64,000 nt of DNA from an uncultured delta proteobacterium. Its GTDB lineage: Bacteria > Desulfobacterota > RBG-13-43-22. Made by a program: the position numbers and the translations under genes. The notes under the pieces are model-generated. The model was not told where the DNA came from. It saw only the letters and a list, made by a program, of their open reading frames with translations, and did not search any database. Position 1 is the stretch's first letter; each line of letters begins with the position of its first letter. The DNA is taken from assembly GCA_963843145.1 (NCBI GenBank), contig CAWJJC010000010.1:160001-224000 (forward strand), in the 5' to 3' direction. Shown here in pieces: positions 1 through 9,317 of the stretch.

Positions 1-207
1 ACCTGGCTGCACCACTTCCTGGCCCAACTGGCCACCAACCTGGTCGGCAACTTGCTGGTCGCCATCGGCCTGCGGGTCCTGCTGCACCTGCCCTTCGGAG
101 TCATCCTGGTGGCGGCCGGGATCACCACCTTGGCCGGGGTAGTCGGCGGAACGATCCTGACCAAAAAGATTTATGAGAACATCCATCACGCCGGGCTGGC
201 CGATTAA
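1..207 (+). CDS. 3' end of a membrane protein, probably the ECF transporter substrate-specific (S) component (partial)
   Basis: Frame 1 is open from base 1 to TAA at 205-207 (..LATNLVGNLLVAIGLRVLLHLPFGVILVAAGITTLAGVVGGTILTKKIY..), hydrophobic, and lies directly upstream of UbiD/EcfA/EcfT. Confidence 0.55.
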   Translation, partial: TWLHHFLAQLATNLVGNLLVAIGLRVLLHLPFGVILVAAGITTLAGVVGGTILTKKIYENIHHAGLAD

Positions 208-221
208 AGGACATTGACGCT

Positions 222-1595
222 ATGTCGCAGGATCTCAGGGTCTTTTTGAAAGATTTCGAACGGCTTTTCCCCCAGCAGGTGGTACGGATCAACCGGGAAT
301 TGAGCCCGGTGTTTGAGCCCACTGCCGTTATTATGGAACTGGAGCGATCCCGACGATACCCGCTGGTCTACTTTGAAAATATCCGGGGTTCGGCCTTTCC
401 GGTGGTGGCCAATGTCCTGGCTACCCGGCAGCGCCTGGCCCTGGCCCTGGACGTCCGGCCGGAAATCGCGGCGGAGGTGTTTGCGCGACGGATCAAGTCC
501 GCCATCCCCCCCTTGCGGGCCCCCGAAGCCCCCTTTCAAAAAAATCGCCAGAACGGCGAAGCGGTCAACCTGACCGGCTTCCCGATCCTGACCCATTTCC
601 CGGTTGACGCCGGTCCGTACGTGACCGCCGGCCTGGTCCTGGCCAGGGACCCCGAGTCCGGCTCCGATACCTGCGGCTACCACCGGATGCAGCTCAAAGG
701 CCCGAACAAACTCGGCGTGAGTCTCCACTCCCGGCAGCGGCTGTGGGAATATCTGCGTCGGGCGGAACAGGCCGGCCGCAACCTGGAGGCTGCGGTGGTC
801 ATCGGCGTGCATCCGGCCGTATCCCTGGGGTCCATGGCCTTGGTACCCTATGACCAGGGTAAATTCGCCCGCATCGGCAGTTTGTTGAAAGCCCCCCTTC
901 AGGTTACCCCCTGTCAAGACATCGACCTGGATGTCCCAACCTTCGCCGAAGTGGTGATCGAAGGTGAAATCCTGGCCGGCTGTCACGAACCCGAAGGACC
1001 TTTTGCCGAGTTTACCAACTACGCTTCTTCTCGCAGCACGGAAAATGTATTCAGGGTAAAATCCATTCACTATCGGGACCAGGCCCTTTACCAGAGTATC
1101 ACCCCGGCCCGGTCCGCCGACCATGTGACCATCGTCGCGCTCCATCGGGAGGGGGAGTTATGGCGCGCCTTGCACCAGGCCCTGCCCAATGTCCGGCAGA
1201 TCCACGTACCCCTTTCGGCCTGCGGCTTGTTCCACTGTTACCTGGCCTTGGAAAAAACCGCCGAAGGCCAGCCCATGCAGGCTATTCTGGCCTCCCTGGC
1301 CGTGGATCACAACATCAAGCTGGTCATCGTGGTGGATGCCGATATCGATGTCTTCGACGAAGCCCAGGTTTTATGGGCCGTGGCTACCCGGGTTCAAGCG
1401 GACCGGGACGTGATGATCATCCCCCAGCATCAGGGCATGGGCTGCACCCTGGATCCCTCCAGCGATGAACTGAGCCGCAGCGCCAAAATGGGCATCGACG
1501 CCACCAAGCCCCTTTCAGGATTTGCCCGAAGGATCGATCCGGACCCGGCCGCCCAGGACAAGGCCCGCCGGATTCTCCGGGAATTGCGGATCTGA
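222..1595 (+). CDS. UbiD-family (prFMN-dependent) decarboxylase
   Basis: DAGPYVTAG, GYHRMQ, EGPFAEFTNY, VVDADID, WAVATR, KMGIDAT motifs. Confidence 0.93.
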   Translation: MSQDLRVFLKDFERLFPQQVVRINRELSPVFEPTAVIMELERSRRYPLVYFENIRGSAFPVVANVLATRQRLALALDVRPEIAAEVFARRIKSAIPPLRAPEAPFQKNRQNGEAVNLTGFPILTHFPVDAGPYVTAGLVLARDPESGSDTCGYHRMQLKGPNKLGVSLHSRQRLWEYLRRAEQAGRNLEAAVVIGVHPAVSLGSMALVPYDQGKFARIGSLLKAPLQVTPCQDIDLDVPTFAEVVIEGEILAGCHEPEGPFAEFTNYASSRSTENVFRVKSIHYRDQALYQSITPARSADHVTIVALHREGELWRALHQALPNVRQIHVPLSACGLFHCYLALEKTAEGQPMQAILASLAVDHNIKLVIVVDADIDVFDEAQVLWAVATRVQADRDVMIIPQHQGMGCTLDPSSDELSRSAKMGIDATKPLSGFARRIDPDPAAQDKARRILRELRI

Positions 1596-1609
1596 CCCTG
1601 TCCCAGACC

Positions 1610-3112
1610 ATGACTGCCACGGAACCGGCCCTGTTGCGGGCCCATATCCGGACTTTGAGTTTCGAGCCGAATTCCTCGCCTGTCTTACGGGACATCCTGT
1701 TGAAAATCGCTCCGGGAGAATTCATCCTGCTCCTGGGCCGAACCGGCGCCGGGAAATCGGTCCTGACCCGGTGCCTTTCAGGAGTAATACCCCGCTTCCA
1801 GAAAGGCTATCTGGACGGGGCCGTTTACTTGGCAGGACAGGAGACTATCTCGAAGCGGCTGCCGGAATTATCCGCCCTGGTCAGCCTGATCACGGACGAT
1901 CCTCAAAATCAACTCTTCTGCCCGACGCTGGCGGATGATCTGGCCTTCGGACCGTGCAACCTCGGGCTGTCGGCTGACAACGTCCGGCACCGGATGGCCC
2001 GGGCGCTGAAGGAGGTGGGGCTGGAAGGCTTTGGACAGCGTCGGCCCGAAACCCTTTCCGGGGGTGAGGCCCAAAAAGCCACGCTGGCCTCCTTCCTGAC
2101 GCTAGGTGCTCCGCTCCTGATTCTCGACCGAGCCGCCGGGCAGATGGACGCCGAAAGCCGAAAAACCGTTTATGAACACCTGGCCGAGTGCTGCCGTAAC
2201 CGGAGCCAAAGCATTCTGGTTATCGATGAGCAGTTCCAGCCCCTGCTTCCCCTCGCCAGCCGCCTGATCTTCCTGGAAAACGGATCGGTGGGCTACGACG
2301 GCCCCCCAGGCCGGGCGCCTGCCGGGCTCCTGGAAAGCCTGCAGTCGCCAGCCTTCGAACCGCGACTGCCCAATCCGGTCACTCTACCCGCCGCCGAGGC
2401 CCCCCCCCTTCTCGAGGTAAAAGACCTTTCCTCCGCCTATCCCCACGGAACATTCGCCCTGCGTCAAATCTCCCTGGCCGTTCATCGAGGGGAATTCGTG
2501 GCTATCCTGGGCCGCAACGGGGCCGGGAAGACCTCTTTGATCCGGCATTTCAACGGGCTGTCGGTCCCGGATCGGGGAGAAGTCCGGGTCGAGGGGTTGA
2601 ATACTCGGGACCATTCCCCAACGGTTTTCGCCGATCGGATCGGGTTCCTTTTTCAAAACCCCGATTCCCAGCTTTTTGCCAGAACGGTCCGCGAAGAGGT
2701 GGGGTTCGCCCTGCGAGTTAGGGGAGTAAGCCGAAAGAAAATCGAGGCCCGGGTGAAGGCGGTTTTGGCTGAACTGGGCCTTTTGCCAGTGGCCGGGACC
2801 CATCCTTACCGGCTCAACCGCGGCACCCGACAGATCGTGGCCTTGGCCGCCTGCCTGGTCAATCGCCCCCCGTTATTGGTGCTGGATGAGCCCGTCTCCC
2901 ACCTGAGTTTCCCCCGCAATTGGGAAATCCTGGAACTTATCGGCCGTTTGAACCGGCAGGGCCTGACCGTTATCCTGGTCACCCATGATTTCCAGGCCGT
3001 CCGGCATTTCAGTACCCGGAACATTTTTCTGGAAAATGGGCGTGTGGTCAAAGACCTTAATTGCCCCGGCGTCTTCGAAACGCGTCCTGCTGCAACCCAC
3101 AGGCCCGTGTGA
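1610..3112 (+). CDS. ECF transporter ATPase with two fused ABC domains (EcfA/A')
   Basis: Two Walker A motifs (GRTGAGKS, GRNGAGKT), Q-loop QNPDSQLF, LSGGE signature. Confidence 0.9.
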   Translation: MTATEPALLRAHIRTLSFEPNSSPVLRDILLKIAPGEFILLLGRTGAGKSVLTRCLSGVIPRFQKGYLDGAVYLAGQETISKRLPELSALVSLITDDPQNQLFCPTLADDLAFGPCNLGLSADNVRHRMARALKEVGLEGFGQRRPETLSGGEAQKATLASFLTLGAPLLILDRAAGQMDAESRKTVYEHLAECCRNRSQSILVIDEQFQPLLPLASRLIFLENGSVGYDGPPGRAPAGLLESLQSPAFEPRLPNPVTLPAAEAPPLLEVKDLSSAYPHGTFALRQISLAVHRGEFVAILGRNGAGKTSLIRHFNGLSVPDRGEVRVEGLNTRDHSPTVFADRIGFLFQNPDSQLFARTVREEVGFALRVRGVSRKKIEARVKAVLAELGLLPVAGTHPYRLNRGTRQIVALAACLVNRPPLLVLDEPVSHLSFPRNWEILELIGRLNRQGLTVILVTHDFQAVRHFSTRNIFLENGRVVKDLNCPGVFETRPAATHRPV

Positions 3113-3120
3113 CCGGCGGC

Positions 3121-3873
3121 ATGAACCCGATCCCCGGAGAAGACGATTCCAGGTCCGGTCCGGTATTCGACCCTCGGGTGAAAATTGCCTGGCTGGGGGC
3201 CGGCGTCACGCTGGCGGTCTGGCACCAGCAAATCGGGCTCCTCGGCCTGCAGTTGATCCTGACCCTGGGGTTAAATCGCTGGATCGGTCTGCCTTCAAGC
3301 AAATTGGGGCCCCTGTTTAAAGTGACGGGGGCCATGGGACTGCAGTTGATTCTCCTCCAGGGATTTTTGCAGCCGGAGGGGTCAAAGCTATTCACGCTGG
3401 CCGGATATAGCTTTTATACGGGAGGCGCGCTGCTGGGCCTTAGAGGGATACTGGTGGTCTCCAGCCTGGCCCTCCTTTTTTTCCAATTCCTTTTCTGGAC
3501 CTCGCCCCGGGAAATCACCCTGTTGTTGATCAAGCTACGAATCCCCTATCGATATGCCTTCGCGGCCGGAATGGCGGTCCGCTTTTTACCCCTGCTACAG
3601 CAGGACCTGCAATCGATTGTCCAGAGTCAAATGTCCCGGGGCCTGCCGCTGGATGGTTTCTTCAAGAGAATAAAAGGTCTGCCTCCTATTATGCTGCCGT
3701 TGATCCTGAAGACCTTGCGACGGGCCGAAACCATTGCCCGTTCGATGGAACTCAAGGGATTCGGCCTTCAGCCCAGGGTCACCCGACTGGAGAATTTAGA
3801 AATGGGCTGGAAGGACCTGGGGGCGCTCGCGGCCATCGCCTTCTACGGCGCCCTGCTGGCCTGGGGTTTCTGA
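3121..3873 (+). CDS. ECF transporter transmembrane component EcfT/CbiQ
   Basis: DPRVKI start, TM segments, RFLPLL..QMSRG..MELKGF coupling-helix motifs; ATG at 3121 preferred. Confidence 0.88.
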   Translation: MNPIPGEDDSRSGPVFDPRVKIAWLGAGVTLAVWHQQIGLLGLQLILTLGLNRWIGLPSSKLGPLFKVTGAMGLQLILLQGFLQPEGSKLFTLAGYSFYTGGALLGLRGILVVSSLALLFFQFLFWTSPREITLLLIKLRIPYRYAFAAGMAVRFLPLLQQDLQSIVQSQMSRGLPLDGFFKRIKGLPPIMLPLILKTLRRAETIARSMELKGFGLQPRVTRLENLEMGWKDLGALAAIAFYGALLAWGF

Positions 3874-4101
3874 ATAGACCTCTTCCCACTGAATGCCGAT
3901 CCGGACCTCAAGGCAAGGCTCTCTAGGGCCTATGAATTGGCAAGCTTCCCTGAGGCAACCGGCGCGTAAAATTGAAACCCAGGGTTAAATAATGCTTGCC
4001 AGCCGGGTCTAATTTCTGTAATTAAATAAATCTGAATAAATGGTTCCCGCCGGAATTCCCGAGAAAAATAAAATCTAATAAAACAGGAGGAACTCCCGAT
4101 T

Positions 4102-4392
4102 ATGGCCGACTGGACTTTTCTGACCAATCATGCCGTGGTGTTAATCTTGTTGTCTCAAAATGCGGGCATCACCGCCCGGGATTTAGCCTCGCAAATCGGA
4201 ATTACGGAACGATCGGTTAGAAAAATCAACGCTGATCTGGAAAACGAAGGGTATCTTGAAAAAACAAAAATGGGCCGGCGGGTTAACTATAAGATCAACC
4301 AAAAGCTCCCTTTCCGTCATCCGACGCAACGTGATCATGCCATTGAGAAGCTGTTAGTCGCAATGGGCGTGAAAACCGATGGACGGAAATAA
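4102..4392 (+). CDS. Small winged-helix (AsnC/MarR-like) transcriptional regulator
   Basis: WTFLTNHA..LASQIGITERSV..DLENEGY pattern; AGGAGG RBS. Confidence 0.8.
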   Translation: MADWTFLTNHAVVLILLSQNAGITARDLASQIGITERSVRKINADLENEGYLEKTKMGRRVNYKINQKLPFRHPTQRDHAIEKLLVAMGVKTDGRK

Positions 4393-5014
4393 GAATTCTG
4401 ATAGAGGAAAGTTTATAACTGAAGCTTCTCAAGGGGTACGCCTGCCGGCCATTAAAAAAGATTGGGTCGACCATTATATTTAAATTCATCCAAGTTCCTA
4501 TCTATCCACTCCTCATTTGGTCTTTATCCTTTTGCAGATTCCCTGTCTCTCTGGCAGGGAATCTTTAATTATCAATTTGCTTTGCCTTGTTTTCCAGCCC
4601 CTTAAAGAAAAGTTAATTTGACCACTGTTAGATTTGTCCTGGATCACTGTTTCTTCTCCACGATTTTCGAGGTTCCCGGCGACTAACCCCGAGGTTAACG
4701 TAATGCCAAACGGGAGCAGATGCCTCCGGCAACTATACCCTAGTAGTGAGTGGTTTGCCCTACCCCTACCTGACGGCCACTGCCACCGATGCCCGGGGGA
4801 CTTCGAGGTTTTCGACGGTCTTCACCTCTACCGCCTTCCTGTTCCATTTGCCGATGGTGATGCGGAAGGAAAGGTCCCTCCTTAACGCTTATACGCCGGA
4901 CGGACATCCGCGATGCCTATATAAAGGGTCTCAAAATAGTAACAACATCGCAGCGCGTCATTCCCTCAGCGCTTCTGAGCGGGGATGACGAAAAATTGCA
5001 TGTAAATATTTCCT

Positions 5015-5299
5015 TTAAGTTCCCGGCACCGGCTCAAAGGGCCGTTTCATTTTGGGCTGCTCGAAGAGTTTCAGAAATTTTCCGAAGGTCAGGGCATTCC
5101 CTTTCTCGTAAGTAAACCCGGCCAGGATGATCAGGGGATTGCGGATTTTAGCCAGCATTTCCTTCCAGGCCCCGGAATCCGCTTTGACCTTCAGGTCCAG
5201 ATTCATCCGGTCCAGGTCCCCGGGGGGCCGGGGCCTGATTTCCGCCACGCCATAGCGCACCCGTATGGTGAAGGCTTCCCCGGTGTCGGGGAAAACCAT
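5015..5299 (-). pseudogene. C-terminal SCP2-like fragment of an alkyl-sulfatase-type protein
   Basis: FPDTGEAFTIRVRYGVAEI resembles the alkyl sulfatase C-terminal domain; no N-terminal catalytic part upstream. Confidence 0.5.
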
Positions 5300-5453
5300 G
5301 CCGGCTGTCGGGAATTGCGGCTCAGCCGGGAAGTGGTCGAGCTCCGTCCCAACTCAATTGAAATGGGTGAAGCGGAACTCACCTTTCACTACTCGGATCA
5401 CGACTATTGGGGGGGGACGTGGAAATCGTCCGGGTAGGGGTGAACGGCGAGGT

Positions 5454-5490
5454 TCAGACCGACTCGGCCTCCGAGACCGAGTCGGTCTGA
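5454..5490. terminator. 14-bp perfect hairpin just downstream of the DinB gene
   Basis: TCAGACCGACTCGG-N9-CCGAGTCGGTCTGA; no U-tract, so its terminator role is uncertain. Confidence 0.35.
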
Positions 5491-5515
5491 TCGCTGGCGA
5501 ACTCGGGGAAAATCG

Positions 5516-6007
5516 CTAATATTCTTTTATCGGTTTAAGGCCGAGGATCCGCCGCAGGGTGACGATTTCCGCCGTGTGGTAAGCGTTGTGGTCGGCCGCC
5601 AGAAGTACCTCCCGGAATACCGTGTAATCTTTAGCATGGGGGATCGGGCTGAAGAACTTGGTTTTCGGATCGAGAACCAGTTCCTCCAGGGCCTCCAGGT
5701 CCGCCCGAAAGCCGCCGATCGTTTTTTTCCAGCGGCCGGGGGTGGCCATCTCGTCCGCCGCCGGCCAGTAGCCTGCCGGGAAGTCGGGCGAAACGTGGTT
5801 CGGATTCCGGACAAATTCCAGGATATCCCACTGGGCGATCCGCAGGTGCTCCAGCAGGTGCCACACCGTGTAGGTGGCGTTCGGCAGCCGGCGATTGATC
5901 TCTTCCATCGGGAAACCGGAAACAGCCCGGGTAAAAGGCATATGGGCGTTCTCGCCTTTCAGCATTGCCAGCAACTGGTCACGCAGGATTTGATCCGCTT
6001 TCATCAT
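5516..6007 (-). CDS. DinB-family protein
   Basis: AH, WHLLEHLRIAQWDIL..YWP, DHNAYH metal-binding His pattern. Confidence 0.85.
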   Translation of the reverse strand: MMKADQILRDQLLAMLKGENAHMPFTRAVSGFPMEEINRRLPNATYTVWHLLEHLRIAQWDILEFVRNPNHVSPDFPAGYWPAADEMATPGRWKKTIGGFRADLEALEELVLDPKTKFFSPIPHAKDYTVFREVLLAADHNAYHTAEIVTLRRILGLKPIKEY

Positions 6008-6054
6008 TCGATCCTCCTTATTGCTTATTTTCCTTCATCCTTTTTGAGATTTTC

Positions 6055-6774
6055 TTATATAGAATTGAATTCCATTCTGGGCTGGTTTTCCGAAAGGATT
6101 TCCCGGCGGGACTCCCCGCCGCAGAAGCGCCCCACCAGTTCGATGATCTGGCTGCAGGTTTCTTCCACTTCCTCCGGGGTAACCGGCGGGAGACCGTCCA
6201 CATTGAATTCGATGGCGTGGGTATCCAACTGGGTCAACGTGTGATTGGCCTGGCGCCAGGTCCAGCGGCGGGTCAAAACCGTATCCCCCTCAGCAAAAAT
6301 GATTTCACCGGGCAGCGGATGTTCCGATTTATCCGAACCAAAGGGGATAAATTCTTCCTGCCCCGTTGCCGACCGTAAGGCGATATCGCCGGTCAGCACA
6401 TCGATGGCATGCCCTCCGGCCGGAACGAGATGCCGCAATGAAATCAGGTTGCCGATATCGACCAGGGCGTTGATGGCCAGCAGGGGATCACCCCGCAGCA
6501 CGCGGCGAACCAGGGCCTCAATGGAGGAGCGGAACTCGCTGGGCTTGGCGCCAAAGGAGCGATAGGCTTCCCGCCACGACCGGATGCGCGGGTGCTCGGC
6601 CAATTGCTCGATTTTCAGGCGGGCGCGAACGGACTCTTCCGCTTCGCGCAGCAGCCCACCCAGGTCATCCGGAGACGGACGATTGGAAACCTGACGGGCC
6701 ACCACCACACCGCGCACATATCCCGGGAACTGCTGAAAGATTTCACTTGAAATGGAATAGCTCAGCGCCTTCAT
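6055..6774 (-). CDS. B3/B4 domain protein (PheRS-beta editing-domain-like)
   Basis: WREAY..KPSEFRSSIEAL..INALVDIGN..RRWTWRQ motifs; ATG 6774 follows GGGGGAAG. Confidence 0.85.
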   Translation of the reverse strand: MKALSYSISSEIFQQFPGYVRGVVVARQVSNRPSPDDLGGLLREAEESVRARLKIEQLAEHPRIRSWREAYRSFGAKPSEFRSSIEALVRRVLRGDPLLAINALVDIGNLISLRHLVPAGGHAIDVLTGDIALRSATGQEEFIPFGSDKSEHPLPGEIIFAEGDTVLTRRWTWRQANHTLTQLDTHAIEFNVDGLPPVTPEEVEETCSQIIELVGRFCGGESRREILSENQPRMEFNSI

Positions 6775-6922
6775 GCTTCCCCCTTGATCACGGATGAACG
6801 CCCCTCCGAGGATGATAGTAATCAAATTTAGGGACTATTTCTACAATATAATGAATTGCTTTAATGATTGTCTAAACCGGACAAATTCGTTAATATAGAA
6901 TAATTCAACCGGAGATTTGAAC

Positions 6923-7798
6923 ATGAAAAATTATTGGCGGCCGGCGTTGCTGGTGGTTACGCTGATCCTGGCTTCGGGTTGTGCCCATGACCCGGGAAGC
7001 ACGAGCGCCGGGGTTCCCTTATCAAAATTTCAGGAGATCCTGCAGAAGAACGAACTGGTGGTGGGGATGACCGGCAAGCAGCCTCCGCTCAATTCCAAAG
7101 ACCAAAAGGGCCAGCTCATCGGCCTGGAACCCGATCTGGCGCGGAGAATAGCGGACGCCATGGGGGTCAAAATTAAGTTCGAGCTGCTGGACTTTTTCGA
7201 GCTGTTGCCGGCCCTGGAATCCGGACGACTGGACCTGATCCTTTCCGGCTTGACCATGACGCCCCAGCGCAATCTGAAAATGGCCTTTGTCGGCCCCTAC
7301 TTCGTTACCGGCAAATCTTTTCTGACCAAGGCCGATCACATCGTCAAATGTCAGGAACTCTGCGATATCGACAGCCCGCAAACCACCCTGACCTTCCTCA
7401 AAGGTTCCACCAGCCAGTCTTTTACCGAAAAAATGATCCCCCAGGCCCGGACGATCCCGGCCAAGGATTACGACGAGGCCATCCGCCTGGTTCTGGAAGA
7501 CAAGGCGGACGCCATGATCGCCGATTTTTTGACCTGTGTTCTGGCCGTGCTCCGCCATCCCCATCAGGGGTTGTTGACTTCGTTGAAAACTTTTTCCTTC
7601 GAACCGTTGGGAATAGCCCTTCCGGGCACGGACCCGCTGCTGATCAACTGGATGGAAAATTTTCTGAAAACCCTTCAGGGAACGGGTGAGCTGAAAAAGC
7701 TCTCCGAATACTGGCTGAAAAACGAACGCTGGGTTGAGGGAAAAGACGATCCCCCGTTTGAATTTGAAACGTCAAGGCAGAAATCCACCGGCCTTTAA
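6923..7798 (+). CDS. Amino-acid ABC transporter substrate-binding lipoprotein (SBP family 3), orphan
   Basis: Lipobox LASGC; G..PPL, GLEPDLA, SGLTMTPQR motifs. Confidence 0.88.
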   Translation: MKNYWRPALLVVTLILASGCAHDPGSTSAGVPLSKFQEILQKNELVVGMTGKQPPLNSKDQKGQLIGLEPDLARRIADAMGVKIKFELLDFFELLPALESGRLDLILSGLTMTPQRNLKMAFVGPYFVTGKSFLTKADHIVKCQELCDIDSPQTTLTFLKGSTSQSFTEKMIPQARTIPAKDYDEAIRLVLEDKADAMIADFLTCVLAVLRHPHQGLLTSLKTFSFEPLGIALPGTDPLLINWMENFLKTLQGTGELKKLSEYWLKNERWVEGKDDPPFEFETSRQKSTGL

Positions 7799-7948
7799 TC
7801 GCCAAAGGCTAAGTCTGCCTTTTTAATTTCTCCTTTTCGCCTTATACCCGACCTCGGCGACCTGAGGTCAGGCCGCCGACCAGGATACAACCTCCTCTGG
7901 CCGGAAACCTGGAACTCCCGGTTGACTGCCATGCCAAGTGAGCGTCCG

Positions 7949-9127
7949 ATGGAAAAAAACATTTCATTGAATAAAGTTCGGGAAATCATGCTGGAGTTTT
8001 CCAGCCTGACCGGGCTCTCGGGATCCGGGAAGCCCCCCAAGCGATACTTGTGGACAGACGCCTTTGCCGTCTGCAACTATCTGGAACTTTACCGCCAAAC
8101 CCGGGAAGAGGAATTCCGGGACCTGACCCTGCGGTTGGTTGCCCAGGTTCATCAAAACCTCGGCCGGCACCGGCCGGATGACTCCCGGACCGGTTGGATC
8201 AGCGGCCTGGGGGAAGTAGAAGGTTCGAGACACCCCACCCTCGGGGGATTGCGGATAGGCAAGCCATTACCCGAGCGCCGCATCGGCGAGGCCTACGACG
8301 CGGAACTGGAATGGGACCGGGATGGACAATACTTCCATTATTTGACCAAATGGATGCAGGCCCTCAATCAGGTCAGCCGGGCCACCGGGGACTGGCAGTA
8401 TAACCGCTGGGCCCTGGAGCTGGCTCGAACGGCCCAGGCCCGCTTTGTCACCCTTTCCCCGTCCGGGGTACGGGACCGGATGTATTGGAAAATGAGCATC
8501 GATCTTTCCTTTCCCCAGGTCCCTTCCATGGGACAGCACGATCCACTGGACGGCTTCATTACCTACGCGCAACTCCGGGTAACCGGGGAAAAAGATCCCG
8601 AAAAAAATCCGGACTGGGACCTCACGGCGGAGTTGGCCGAGATGGCCCGGATGTGCCGACACCAGAAGTGGGAAACGGAAGATCCCCTGGGAATCGGCGG
8701 CCTGATGAGCGACGCTTATCGGGCCGCCCAATTGTCCGCCTCGGGAAGAGACCTCCCTGCCGATCTGCCGATTACCTTGCTGGATGCCTCCCTCTCCGGC
8801 TTAGCCTCTTTGGCCCGGAAAAATTCCTGGGATTACCCCGCCGACTATCGGTTGGCTTTCCGGGAGCTGGGATTATCCATCGGGTTTCGGGCTCTCGAGA
8901 AACTGGAGGAATTCATAAAAAACCAACAGGGATCGTTGAAAACGGATACTGCTCTTCACAGCCGGATCGAACGGCTCGCCGCCTACAGGTCTCTCCAGGA
9001 ACAGATCGAGTCTTTCTGGCTTGATCGCCGAAACCGCGCCGTCCCAAGCTGGACGGAGCATCGGGAAATCAACATGGTCATGCTGGCCACCAGCCTGGCC
9101 CCTGACGGATACTTCACGCTTTCCTGA
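7949..9127 (+). CDS. Conserved hypothetical protein, possibly six-hairpin-glycosidase-like
   Basis: RYLWTDAFAV, GGLRIGK, DGQYFHYLTKWM, RLAFRELGL, HREINMVM motifs; start uncertain (7922-7988). Confidence 0.65.
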   Translation: MEKNISLNKVREIMLEFSSLTGLSGSGKPPKRYLWTDAFAVCNYLELYRQTREEEFRDLTLRLVAQVHQNLGRHRPDDSRTGWISGLGEVEGSRHPTLGGLRIGKPLPERRIGEAYDAELEWDRDGQYFHYLTKWMQALNQVSRATGDWQYNRWALELARTAQARFVTLSPSGVRDRMYWKMSIDLSFPQVPSMGQHDPLDGFITYAQLRVTGEKDPEKNPDWDLTAELAEMARMCRHQKWETEDPLGIGGLMSDAYRAAQLSASGRDLPADLPITLLDASLSGLASLARKNSWDYPADYRLAFRELGLSIGFRALEKLEEFIKNQQGSLKTDTALHSRIERLAAYRSLQEQIESFWLDRRNRAVPSWTEHREINMVMLATSLAPDGYFTLS

Positions 9128-9200
9128 CCGGCGATCCCTCCCGATTTTTGCATCCAGGCCCAGGCCCCAATGATCGGGCGAACCTCTCTATTTTGGGGTC

Positions 9201-9228
9201 TTGACAGACAATCCGAAAGGGGTATGAT
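9201..9228 (+). promoter_or_regulatory. Sigma70-like promoter
   Basis: TTGACA-16 nt-TATGAT upstream of the activase gene. Confidence 0.55.
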
Positions 9229-9317
9229 GATCTTTAAAAGGCAGCAAGTCTTCCCGACCGGTTGATCTGCTGCTGATAAACCGGGAATAAAACGTGTCGC
9301 TTCTCTGGAGACCAGGA

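Noticed and set aside
4500-4950. Small ORFs between the HTH regulator and the sulfatase-like fragment
   Set aside because: No recognisable motifs or convincing starts on either strand.
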